A stretch of DNA of 63,280 nucleotides, counting the filler, from Asterionella formosa (taxonomy: Eukaryota): NCBI GenBank assembly GCA_002256025.1. It is 16 parts of 16 records of this genome, joined end to end, with 100 filler letters (N's around TTAATTAATTAA, not from the genome) between each part and the next. Parts side by side here need not be neighbours in the genome. Positions count along the whole stretch, not along the records: positions 51,212 to 52,218 come from NKIB01005039.1; positions 52,319 to 53,325 come from NKIB01005040.1; positions 53,426 to 54,432 come from NKIB01005041.1; positions 54,533 to 55,538 come from NKIB01005043.1; positions 55,639 to 56,644 come from NKIB01005044.1; positions 56,745 to 57,751 come from NKIB01005045.1; positions 57,852 to 58,857 come from NKIB01005046.1; positions 58,958 to 59,963 come from NKIB01005047.1; 8 more parts are not named here. One strand, 5' to 3'. A program made the position numbers and the translations under genes. The notes under the pieces were generated by a model. It was given only the letters and a program-made list of their open reading frames with translations, was not told the DNA's origin and made no database searches. Position 1 is the stretch's first letter; each line of letters begins with the position of its first letter. Below are positions 51,112-63,280 of the stretch, in pieces.

Positions 51112-51220
51112 NNNNNNNNNNNNNNNNNNNNNNNNNNNNNNNNNNNNNNNNNNNNTTAATTAATTAANNNNNNNNNNNNNNNNNNNNNNNNNNNNNNNNN
51201 NNNNNNNNNNNGAGCATTGA

Positions 51221-51435
51221 AGTAGCAACAGTCCTGAACATATGATGTTCTATTTGGTTTTAATTTTACGATTATATGATCCTAAAATTATGATGATTTA
51301 CTGTCCCACTGCAGTAGCAACAGTCCTGAACACATGGTATTCTATTTAGTTTTAGGTTTACGATCATATGATCCTAAAACTATGATGATTTACTGTCCCA
51401 CTGCAGTAGCAACAGTCCTGAACATATGGTGTTCT
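51221..51435. repeat. 92-bp tandem repeat, about 2.3 copies
   Basis: AGTAGCAACAGTCCTGAACA recurs at 51221, 51313 and 51405. Confidence 0.92.
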
Positions 51436-53425
51436 GTTGCTAGTTTACCACTCCGACTACCCCCAGTATATCACTTACTACCTGCTACTGGTGCTCTGTA
51501 TATATATATGATATATTGTTATTGTCATATGATGTACCGGTACACATGAAGAGCTCCCAACCAAAAAGGGGGCTTAAACAATTTGCCACCATAATCCTGG
51601 CGGTTATGACTTACACGGTACACGTAGTCGTGGAAAACAATGGACATATAGTGCATTGAGTATTTTCGAATTATTTATATGCAAGTATGATCATCTCAAC
51701 CATATCAGATGTTCCATATCGAGAGCGCATTTGAATTTTATAAATGTATAAGGCTTAATATATATATATATATATTTACAAATTTTATTACTATATTCAT
51801 GGCATGTATATTTTTGAAATCGTTCTGTCATGTTAACAAACAATGCCTGCTGCTTCATGAAAAGATACGTCGTAGTAAAGCACATGACAAGAAAAAAAAG
51901 TTTTCGCAATACATTACGAAAAACATTGTGACTTCGATACATTGGGCCTTCGAAGGATGGAGAATGTTTAAGGTAATGAAGCCATCAATGTGGTACTTGG
52001 ATGACAATCGTTGGGAGGCAGGCAGGACAACAATTCTTCTCGTCATTAGGGCCTGCCCGGAGTTGAAAAGCAAGTTGGAGAATGTCTCTATTGCGATGTT
52101 GGAGTCATTCATGTCATGATGGCTGATCGAGTGCCCACATCAACTTACCGCTGTATAACTGACGAGACCCAGGAGGGTGATGGAGAATCGGAGATGGCAT
52201 ATTCTATTAACCTCCCGANNNNNNNNNNNNNNNNNNNNNNNNNNNNNNNNNNNNNNNNNNNNTTAATTAATTAANNNNNNNNNNNNNNNNNNNNNNNNNN
52301 NNNNNNNNNNNNNNNNNNGGAAAACGAGGTAATATTTTCTAACCGTTTACCATTAAAAAGTATATATACATGATGAAAAATATATGAATGGCTTAAGACC
52401 ACTAAAATGCAAAATGAACGACTTAAAAAGTTGGATATCGCAAGAAATATCCTTCCAATTGTTAAAATGATTCATTTATCTAGTACTTGCATGCATTAGT
52501 TGACCTCTGTTCAAAGGGTTTTAAATGGGGTCGGCTGAACATTTTTCTACTTTTAGTCCAAAAACGGGGTAATATAGTGGTCTTAAGCAGTTTTTGACTG
52601 GTACCTGGTACCTGGTACCAGTACCTGGTACTACCAGACTTCACCGGATCTTGGTTCGGAGCGAGGCGGGCGGAGGAAGAAAGTAGACTGCCGGGTACCT
52701 GGTACAAGGTACTTTACTACAATCTTGGGTACCAGAAAGTTGCGCTAATTTTGCTGAAACTTAAGATTTAGCTATCTTTATCCCAGATTAAAGTGTTAGT
52801 TAAAGCAAAATGAACGCAACTTGCGGTACGTGAAAATGCTGTACACGTCCAGTAAAGCAAACTGAGATCATTACGAGGAGAGGGACGCTTGAACAGCCAG
52901 GGTCATGATGGGAGGGTGTACATGATTGAATTTAACTCTTGCTCAACATCGCAAACAACCATCATCCCAAAACAATTCAAGCTCCAGTAACTGGATCAAA
53001 GTCAACATGTATTCCAATCACAATTATTCTCGACAATACACCTTGTCTCATGACAGCCTTCCAAATCACGCAACCATTTCCCATGGTAGCATTCGACATC
53101 GAATATGACAAATGTGTCGACGTCGGTTCGTTCTTGCACGCTTTCTTCACGATACGTCATAGCGTCTTGTTCGGCTTGTGTTTATTTTTCATCCGCCGAA
53201 TTGGTCGAGAAGGAAAGAAGGATCTTGCCGAAATTCCTATCGATATTGCTGATGGATGTGAAAAACCAGAACTTAATCGAAAAATCAAACCAGAGACAGT
53301 GTCCAATTTGGCGTTGTTTGTTCTCNNNNNNNNNNNNNNNNNNNNNNNNNNNNNNNNNNNNNNNNNNNNTTAATTAATTAANNNNNNNNNNNNNNNNNNN
53401 NNNNNNNNNNNNNNNNNNNNNNNNN

Positions 53426-54432
53426 AATCGCATACTCAAGAAAGTAACCACGATTATGATATTGAATCTATCGCTAGTGACGACCACATCAGCGAGTCAG
53501 AAACTGAATCGATGAAACAGTGGAGACGGAAGAAGCGTGAAGAAGACGCACTAGCTGACCAAAACTCTATCCATTCATTCATTTTTGGTGAGTCCGACGA
53601 CACACCTGCAACACTTCTGGCTGAACCTCCATCAGAAATCGTAATGGACACTGAACAACAAGCAGCGATTCAGAAGCTAAAGATGATGCGGAAATCCAGA
53701 CGAGTAATTCCGGGTGAAGTATCTCATCAAGAATCGCATACTCAAGAAAGCAACCACGATTATGATATTGAATCTATCGCTAGTGACGACCACATCAGCG
53801 AGTCAGAAACTGATTCGATGAAAGATTGGAGACGGAAGAAGCGTGAACAAGAGGCACTAGCTGACCATAACTCTATCCATTCATTCATTTTTGGTGATTC
53901 CGACGAAACATCTGAAACACTACCGGCTGCACCTCCATTAGAAATCGTAATGGACTCTGAACAACAAGCAGCGATTCAGAAGCTAAAGATGATGCGGAAA
54001 TCCAGACGATTAATTCCGGGAGAAGCATCTCATCAAGGATATCATACCCAAGAAAGCAACCACGATTATGATATTGAATGTATCGGTGACTACAATTCTA
54101 GTGAGGCAGAAACTGAATCGATGAAACAGTGGAGACGGAAGAAGCGTGAACAAGAGTCACTAGCTGACAAGAACTCTATCCATTTATTCGATTTTGGTGA
54201 ATCCGACGAAACTTCTGCTACACTACCAGCTTCACCTTCATCAGAAATCGTTATAGACGCTAATCAACAAGCAGTGATTCAAAAGCTAAAGATAATACAG
54301 AATTCCCGACGATTAATTCCCGGAGAAATATCTCATCAAGAAACGTCTTTTCAGGATAGCAACCACGATGACAATATTGAATCTTTTGCTAGTGACGACA
54401 ATATAATTGAGTCAGAAACTGAATCGATGAAA
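53426..54432 (+). CDS. Fragment of a protein built from tandem repeats of about 102 aa
   Basis: Frame is open across the contig. A 306-bp unit recurs at 53426, 53732, 54038 and about 54340 (ESETESMKQWRRKKRE...QQAAIQKLKMMRKSRR). Confidence 0.7.
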
Positions 54433-54532
54433 NNNNNNNNNNNNNNNNNNNNNNNNNNNNNNNNNNNNNNNNNNNNTTAATTAATTAANNNNNNNNNNNN
54501 NNNNNNNNNNNNNNNNNNNNNNNNNNNNNNNN

Positions 54533-54900
54533 ACTGGTAATTGAGGTACCTTCCATCACAAATGAAATAGTAGCCTTTACATGTCATAGATGAATCAACA
54601 GTTAGCACATTCCACTCTTGCCTGCCAAGAAAAGAATTTCTATCATGTAGATTGGAAACTGTGATGTGCTTGTCGTTTCTTGTTCCTGCTGATTGAAAAA
54701 TCTTCTTCTGTGATCAGAAACCACCTCAAAAACAACAGAAGGATACCCCTTGGAACCTTTAAATATATTCTCATGGTAGACTGGACATCGATTCCAACCA
54801 ATGTTCACACAATCGACTAAGCCTACTGGTATACACCCTGGAATGCCGTCGTTATAGCTTTGTGTATGTATAATTACTACCAACATCACTGGATCATGCA
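54533..54900 (-). pseudogene. Harbinger-type (plant transposon protein family) nuclease relic
   Basis: GIPGC..GLVDCVNIGWNRCP...KGSKGYPSVVFEVVSDHRRRF...YFICDGRYLNY, with deletions. Confidence 0.8.
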
Positions 54901-56556
54901 ACGGATTTAAAGAATGTTATCTTTTTCAGCGTGAAATCGTCAGCTGTGTCTATATATAGGTACCGGCTCGCATGTACATCAGCCATACATATGATAGTAT
55001 ACCGGTCTGTTTTCTTATGAAAAATAGTTGTATACACCATTTACCACTACACTACAAATCGAAAAAATGGCATTTACGGCTATGTAGTGGTACGATTTCA
55101 GTCGTGTGCCATTTTGGGGTTCTATCATCGGAGCTCATTTTAATTGAGTAAAGCAAATAATGGAAAATAGTACCAGATACCGTCTAGACCATTCCCAGTT
55201 AAAAACGGCTGTGACCCACTGAGTTCTCCTCTTCGTTTGATTAGTTCGACTAAACCTTTTCCATCGTGCCTTGCGAGGATCCAACTTCCAGGTCTTGTTA
55301 ACCAAAGGAGTTAACAGGTTGCCGATCTGATGATATTCTCATTGAAGGTCGAGGTACAGATTTAGAACCCTTTTATGGCTGTGACAAAATTTGCTGGTAA
55401 TTGGGTCTCAGTAGTACTTAAATTTTTACCTATAATTGTATATACCATTACGATCACGGATCACTCCATTTGGTTTTCGCCAATTTTTTTAGGAATTTCC
55501 GAATCCAGATTTAATATCATGAGTACCGTAATATAAATNNNNNNNNNNNNNNNNNNNNNNNNNNNNNNNNNNNNNNNNNNNNTTAATTAATTAANNNNNN
55601 NNNNNNNNNNNNNNNNNNNNNNNNNNNNNNNNNNNNNNCGACACGACACTCGAAATATAACGTACCATATTGATTACGTTGACCAAGGCCATGATGTTCT
55701 CCTTTTCTTTGTTTCTCTCTGACGGCGTAGTATTATATCTTTGTATTCGTTATATTTCAATGCAACCAGTATGTTCTTGTTGTCATGGTTCTGCAATAAG
55801 ACGACGATTTACTCAGACTGCTGGGAGGATGGAGACAACACAAACCACAATTAATATTTAATAATGAAACTTAAATAAAATGACGATTTGTTGCATCGAT
55901 TTTTAGATAAAAATAAATGAGATACATGTTTTGCCAAGCAGAATTTGTTGTTGTTTGTTGTGCGTCGTTGATGGAGGAACACCCTCGTTTATGTACTACA
56001 TACCGGTAGGAAGAAATGTTTGATAAACGGTACCAGGTACTCTGGCAATTAGATGCCAGTAGTACGTACTCCTACATAGCCGGTAATTCGGTGTGTTAGT
56101 AAGTAGGAGATCGAATAATGCTGGCGGTAAACAATGCCGCCAAACTGACAAACGAACAAAATATCTGCAACAAAGATATGGTGTTTGGTCTGCGAGACAA
56201 AGACCACCGGTTGGATGTTGATGGATAGATACCGGTAGAATGGATACCACTGTATATCAAAATAGTGGCCTTCCATTTATTGACGTACCGGTAGTTTGTA
56301 CACATGACTTCTATTTACATCCCCGTAAACTGACATCCTGGTACCTACCAGGCACTGGTACCTGGTACCAGGTACCATGCATTCAGTAACTGGTACCGTA
56401 CTGAACTCCTACTGTCGAAACAACAGGCAGCATACCAGCAGCAATACTAACTACCAGGTAATATTGTTCCTTTTCTCGAGTACCGGTACTGGTGTAAACA
56501 ATCCAGTTCCAGTAATCAATCAATCAATCAATCATTCCAACAAACAAACCATTACA

Positions 56557-56583
56557 ATGACTGACATTGACGACGTTCCCCAG
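56557..56583 (+). CDS. Possible first coding exon (MTDIDDVPQ) of an unidentified gene
   Basis: A/C-rich leader, ACAATG start context, then a CAG|GTATGT donor. The contig ends inside the putative intron. Confidence 0.35.
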
Positions 56584-57851
56584 GTATGTATGAGCGTGTG
56601 CATGGACTAAGCACAACGTAAACAGTGAAGCAGCGAAGCAACGANNNNNNNNNNNNNNNNNNNNNNNNNNNNNNNNNNNNNNNNNNNNTTAATTAATTAA
56701 NNNNNNNNNNNNNNNNNNNNNNNNNNNNNNNNNNNNNNNNNNNNTGAAATGGATCATAATTTAACTATAAAATTTAGCAATGCTATTTCTGTTTTTACAG
56801 CTACCCAAGGAATGTTTTTCTCCTCTACTCGTCTCAATGTATAGCTATTCTTGTCTCGCCCTTGTGCCAGGCAGTGCCTAATTTCGCATCTCTTTTCCTG
56901 CTACGCAAGGTTTTGGTAACTTAATTATTTCAGCCCCTCAATTGGAGGGAGTAATGAAGCAATGTACATGCTGGCTGTGTACATCATATGCTCATAACAT
57001 TTTATCATATGTATACAGAGTACCAGTAGCAGGTAGTAAGTGATTTACTGGTAGTACTCGGAGTAGTAAGCAAGCAACAGATCATCATCATATATTCAGG
57101 ACTGTTGATACTGCAGCGGGACAGTAAATCATCATACTTTCAGGATTGTATGATCGTAAAATTGAGAGCAAGATATGCTATTACTCAAACTCGGTTCTGG
57201 TGTTGTATATGATAATGTAAATAGCACTGTTGGTCTAGACAGGTCCCGTTGTACCATATGGACAAATAAAACTGGTACTAATTGTGTCCATCTATTTGGT
57301 GGGCCCGAGTGCAATTATTGGATAGCTTTAATGTACTATGAAATTTAATTGACATAAATAGCACTGTTGGTCTTATGGTATTATATCAATAAAGCGTAAA
57401 ATATTAGATGTAGTGCCTAATGATTCATTTCAATGTAACAACACATGATTTTAAGATCATCGAACTTTTGAAAACGACAATAGTTACCTACAAGAATGTC
57501 TGCAAAAAACCATAAAGAGGTTCATGGAAACAAGCAACATGTGGCAAATACTGCCGGTATGGAACAAAGAAGCAAGTTCCAAAATGAGTTCGCAACGAAA
57601 AAGCGAATCGGTAATTATTCAAAGTAACCCAATTGGCAACAGGGAGTTGGTGGGGGTACTACCCAATCATACACGGCCGGTGACACCATCAGCTACACAG
57701 GATCCCCTCATTGATACTGAAAGCGACGATGACGTTTCTTCTTCAGTTGTTNNNNNNNNNNNNNNNNNNNNNNNNNNNNNNNNNNNNNNNNNNNNTTAAT
57801 TAATTAANNNNNNNNNNNNNNNNNNNNNNNNNNNNNNNNNNNNNNNNNNNN

Positions 57852-58857
57852 GAAGGGGATTTGTGACCTGCTTTTCCACAGCAGTAACATTTTCCTTCTA
57901 ACTGTGCAAACGATAAGTTCACGTCTTCGTCTTCCCTGCCTGCATCCTTCTGTTTCCTCTCTTTATCATTATCTCCTGTTTTCTTGTAGTTGGATTTATT
58001 TGTTACGTCAAACCGATGGTTGCTGAGAACATTATTTGATTCGGTGATGGTCTTTGGGTATTGATCGTTGCCGAGTGACTGTTGAGTGTTCAGCCCGGTC
58101 ATAATTGAACCGTATTTACCTTTATCGGCATTATCGAGATATAAATATGCCATAAATTGACTGAAAGCTTGTTCGCGAAATTTATCTCGTTGTTTGATGT
58201 CATTCTCATTGTATCCATCCATGGCTTCAACGAACTTGGTGAGGATAATGGGTCCTCCCATGTGTGACTTGAGCACATCTCGTGCCACACGAAATCTCTT
58301 GGTGTAGTCTTGTAGACTTTCTCCTTCCTTTTGCTTCGTGAACAAAAGCAATCTCATTGCATCTAAAATGATCGACATTGAATATCGATTCTCTTGAAAA
58401 TTTAATGCGTGTTCTTTAATTGCCATAAGCAATGTTATTGGGTTATTTTCGATCCTATTGTAATCGGATCTCGCTTCAATCTTGTTCTTCATGGCTTTGT
58501 TGCATCTTTCCCAGAGCAACGCATATGCCTTGGTATTATTATTTTCGTAGGCCTGTACCCTTTTACTGTAGTTGTCATAATCAGCCTTGAACTCAATCTC
58601 ATATTGTCGATTCTCTGCAGCGCGATCTTCTTCTGTTGTTGCAATGCTCACTTGCATTCTTGGCTTCCATGCCAATGTGCTCATTGGTTCTAATAACTTG
58701 AGTGCGGTTCCTATGTCATTGCCATAGTCGAACACTTTCTTGATATGATTGATGAGGTACTCAGTAGTAGTCTCATAATCAGATGCCTGCTTCGATGATC
58801 CGAGGTAGTAGTTATAGTCATTGACTGACTTCTTGATTGATTGAGAAGCAATATTGC
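57852..58857 (-). mobile_element. Diatom-type Copia gag fragment with zinc knuckle
   Basis: Frame appears open across the contig. KAYALLWERCNKAMKNKIE, KQKEGESLQDYTKRFR, ADKGKYGS, GNDQYPKT and CYCCGKAGH (CX2CX4H knuckle). Confidence 0.85.
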
Positions 58858-60063
58858 NNNNNNNNNNNNNNNNNNNNNNNNNNNNNNNNNNNNNNNNNNN
58901 NTTAATTAATTAANNNNNNNNNNNNNNNNNNNNNNNNNNNNNNNNNNNNNNNNNNNNACTTGTCCTTGGAGGATCCTTGTCTACTGCCACTTGGGGCATA
59001 GAGGGGAAGCTATGCAACAAGCCTTCGAACGAGGCGGTACTGGTAATATGTTGTGTTAGTTTGTCGGTGTCTGGCAATTTATATATATATAAATAATGGT
59101 TGTGCTCGATGGTTCATTGTCATGAACAATGGAACAAAGGTTGCTTCCCAACCTATAGCAGCAAACTAATCTACACTTACTTTCTAAATTATGTATTTTC
59201 AAACCAGTTATTAGAATGAGCATGATAACTGTCTACCTACCACTTTCACACTTATTAGGTCAAGGAGGGCAACCAGCAAAGTAGAGTCATTGTTATGTAC
59301 ATAACTTCTATATAAGTATGTTGTGGTGGCATGGGAGTGAGAAATTGCAAGGTGAGTACTGGTACTATGAAATTATGGAATTATGCCAGTGATGAGACAG
59401 TTGTTCATTTTGATCAAATCAATTAGCACCAAAAACCAGATACAAATGAGGAAGGAGCAAGGATCAATTGCTGCAAGCTCATGTGGCCTTGTCAGTGCCA
59501 TTAGGATCAGGCAACTAGAACACTAGTCCCAATGTTCTCATAGAACACACCCAAAAATTAACTCCTTATTTTATCAAAATGGAAATTTTTATAGCAAAAT
59601 TATAAAGCATTGATGCTAGGAGTCTCAATTATATACTATAATTCCATTGCATTGCATGCTCCTGGATGATGCCTACTAATATATAGACTTGACCACGGGT
59701 AAAGCAGAATTTAAAATGGCATACCCGGTACAGTTTTAAGGACAGACCAATGTGCAGACGTAATGTACAGTATCAAGATCTGATATTTAGATCATGCGAT
59801 AAGAAACCATTGATCCTACCGGTATTTGCACATTTCGTAGGGGGTTATGATTGTTGATGATTTAGGTAATTCTTGATTGGCTGCTGGTGTCGTCATTTTA
59901 GTCTGATTGTTCAATCCGCTGAAAACCCGGAAGTTGTTAGATTGATGGTGATGTTCTTCAACANNNNNNNNNNNNNNNNNNNNNNNNNNNNNNNNNNNNN
60001 NNNNNNNTTAATTAATTAANNNNNNNNNNNNNNNNNNNNNNNNNNNNNNNNNNNNNNNNNNNN

Positions 60064-61069
60064 TCATTGAGGGATGCACACAAAAGCCGCAAAACCTTAT
60101 ACCAAATTTCAATAGGAATCAACAGTTTCTTTTGCAACTCGTACTGTTCGAAAGACAGATTGCCATCTCCAAAATCAAGGGTTGCATATTTCTTTATCGA
60201 TAAAAGGAGCCTGGAAACACAATAAGTAAATGGACTTAAACTCGTTTCATTATCAAGAGTGTTAGTCGCATCTGGGTGTTTCTTAATCAAAATACAGACG
60301 ACCTCAAAATCAGGATAATCTCCTTGTTGCAAAGCGAGAAGAAGAGGTGACTGCAGGTTTCGAGTGCCATAGATTGCAACTGAATCTGGGTATTTTATTA
60401 TGATCTGCTCGATCTCTGGAGCTTTTTCACCTCGAAAAATTGCCAAATGAAGTGGAATAAAGGGCATTTTCATGAAGTTAATGGCATTGGGGTATTTGTC
60501 CACAATAGCTTGGATGGATTCAAGTGATACTGGCTTTTCCTCTCCTAGACCACGGTCAAGAGGAGTCTCACCATCGTTGGCTTCTATTGTTGCAGCTTTA
60601 GGGCAAGCTTCCAAAAGGGCATTTACAATTTCCACTGGTGCCCGGACTTTCATGCCAAGGTGCAGTGGAGTGTTACCCTTGTCGTCTTTCATTGTCGTGA
60701 CATCAGGACAGGCATCCAAAAGGGCCTTGATAACCACCACATTGGCCCCTTCTTCTATTCCAAGGTGCAACAGAGTGTTTCCATGGCGGTCTTGCACCTT
60801 TGCGGCTTCAGGACAAGCTTTCAACTGGGCTTCAATATCATCCACCCTGATCAGGGTTCTTTCCTCCAAGATCAGGGCTGCTGCTACATACCTGTAACAT
60901 TTAAAAACATTGTCATCACTGTTCTGCGATTTGAGAAAGTCCTTCCTTCTTATCTGGACTGTTCCTTGAATTTTATTAAGTAAGCTATCACCAATTGAAT
61001 TACTATCGAGATCAAGTTCAGTCAAGACAGTATTGACCTTGAGAGCCTCTGCAATGGCCTTGGCTCCGT
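60064..61069 (-). CDS. LRR plus ankyrin-repeat protein (internal fragment)
   Basis: GAKAIAEALKVNTVLTELDLDSNSIGD is an RI-like LRR. Ankyrin repeats follow (GNTLLHLG, GNTPLHLG, GETPL, IPLHLAI, SPLLLAL). Confidence 0.88.
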
Positions 61070-61499
61070 NNNNNNNNNNNNNNNNNNNNNNNNNNNNNNN
61101 NNNNNNNNNNNNNTTAATTAATTAANNNNNNNNNNNNNNNNNNNNNNNNNNNNNNNNNNNNNNNNNNNNGTTGGATCAGCAGTAGACAACTCAACAATAT
61201 CTTCGACGTCCTCATCAGCTACAACGCATTGCTTCTCTTCCGAATCAATGCGAATAGAGGCAGCATCAGAAGTTTCAGCCGTACCCACTACTTTGCTGCT
61301 CATTGCGCCAATTAATCGAGATATAGTCGATGTTGGAAGATTGGTATAGAGATGAGCAGACTACTGATTCTTGTATGACTCACGAAGCTGAAAGGTAATG
61401 TATACAGAGTACCATAGTATATATATAACAAAAAATAGTTGGCGCAATATTTAATAGTGTTGTGCTTGCGTATTTACAGTTATTTTATCAGTGGCAACG

Positions 61500-61710
61500 G
61501 ACATGATACACAGTGATCAACGGCTTGATCAGTGATACAGCATTGGTCAGGGGTCCAAAAACTGTATCAGTGATACACCCATGATACACCGGTGATCAGA
61601 CCAAAAAAACCGTTGGTGATACACAAAGAAAAACCAAACCGCCATTTTTGTATCATATTTCGGCGATGATACACCAATGACAACAAATAACAGAATGATA
61701 AGAACGGCCC
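61500..61710. mobile_element. One end of a MITE related to the 169-1092 element
   Basis: AATGATAAGAACGGCCC-TTA at 61694-61713 differs from the TIR by 1 nt and is preceded by TGATAC repeats. Confidence 0.7.
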
Positions 61711-63280
61711 TTATTCTATTGTCAAGGGGGTTGGTAGCTACCATACCAGCACCACCTTTTCCCTCTGGTTTCCTCTGCAATTTTTATGTAAAACTGTGGT
61801 GTTTTATTTAAAATCGACCTTGTATCACGTTTTCCAAAAGCAACGCAAAAGAACGCGAAGTTCGCAAAAGACCGCAGAAAAATGTCTTAAATCCGGATTT
61901 TCTCGTTCGTTTGTGGTCTTTTCGTCTTTCGAACTCCTTCACTGTGATACTACCACATATACGATTTCTATGCCGTCCATTGGAAAAAATGTTCATATTG
62001 CTCCTGGATGTTTAATGCCTTTTCAGAGCTCAAATTCGCTTCTTTGACGGAATGACAGTTGTGCATACTATTCAAGAAGTACGCGAACTTCGCAGAAGGC
62101 CGCGCGACTACAATTTCTTTTGATTTTTGGTAAATAAACAGCGAGGTCTGTGCACGATACACGTGATGAATTTTTNNNNNNNNNNNNNNNNNNNNNNNNN
62201 NNNNNNNNNNNNNNNNNNNTTAATTAATTAANNNNNNNNNNNNNNNNNNNNNNNNNNNNNNNNNNNNNNNNNNNNCGAACGACTCCTCGTCAGAATCCAA
62301 GTCTTGGATATCCTCATAAGCAGTAGCAAGCTTGATGATGCCTTCCATCGACCTTTGATCGTCGTCGTCCAGTCTCATACATTCGGTTTGTTTTGATGTG
62401 TCTTTAACAACTGATTCAATTATTATTGCACAAAAAAATTATGTGCAGAGATGGGGCATATCGTAACGACACGGAGGAACAAAATAAAATCACATTGATT
62501 TGGGCCGTAAATTTTGCTTCTGCCATCAACGTTAGCTGGGGTTGCAGCATTCTTGTGACTTCGGAGAAAATATCGAAACAATAGCCATGTTCTTTGATAT
62601 ACCAGCATACCTTGATCAGTCCTGAGTCCTGAGCAAATGGCCTGATGGTGATGGAATGCAACTTGCTGGTTGAACTGCAGAACTGACGGTGCATTGGTTC
62701 TTTGTTGTCAGATGACCCCGAGGGAAACCCATTTTACAACCATCTACCAATTACAAATTGTTATTATTTTAATGATCAACCGGGCATTCTTTGCTCACAT
62801 CGACTACCTGGTAACTAGAAGTAAAATCTTGATATTTGTTAACCAGGATAACAAGAACTCCGGGGTACCTGGTAACTGGTACCAGGGTACTTGTACAGCA
62901 AGACAGGGTCACCAGGAGAAGAACATTCCTTCATCCATAGAGACATCAGAATCGAAGCATCCTAAACATTCGACGACAAAGTAAACGTTGTTTAGGATGT
63001 CGATGACGATTTCTATCATCCCTGACATTTCCGCAAGAAAAATAAATGTTTACCAGCAGTAAACCGGGACTACCCGAATCCTGGTACCACTCCTGATATC
63101 GGGTACCTGGTTCCTGGTATTTTACATACAGTACTTCCCATGCTGGCTATCGTGATTCTTAAGAACATTTCTCCGTGGGCATTTTGACTCCCACGACATT
63201 TTCCGGTTCAAATTACATGCAACCTTCGGCGTAGTCAAACGTTGTTGCTTTTTGGGGTGTTTAAGCCTGTTTTTCCAAAT

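Noticed and set aside
51221..51435. CRISPR-like array
   Set aside because: The whole 92-bp unit repeats, so there are no unique spacers. The context is eukaryotic with no cas genes.

Overview
This is eukaryotic nuclear DNA from a photosynthetic stramenopile, most likely a diatom (inferred from the P5CS, ATG7, RIO2, PGRL1-like and diatom-type Copia gag sequences and short GT-AG introns). It is not one locus. It holds 16 contigs (three of about 16.2 kb, thirteen of about 1.0 kb) joined by artificial 100-nt N44-TTAATTAATTAA-N44 spacers. Host genes: ATG7, a three-exon P5CS, partial RIO2, two bZIP factors, an SGNH hydrolase, an LRR-ankyrin fragment and repeat proteins. These lie among decayed Copia, Harbinger/MITE and other transposon relics. 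Contig 1 is bounded by a 2.76-kb near-perfect inverted repeat. The most striking signal is the bZIP gene at 46755-48006. Its ORF stops right after a 7-nt-loop hairpin (CAG|CATA), and a second 7-nt-loop hairpin (CAG|CAGT) lies 364 nt downstream. The sequence between them is extensively self-complementary. G|C cleavage and ligation at the two loops fuses the bZIP in frame to an acidic/hydrophobic tail. This is the architecture of an IRE1-spliced HAC1/XBP1/bZIP60-type mRNA, so it is a candidate diatom unfolded-protein-response switch.
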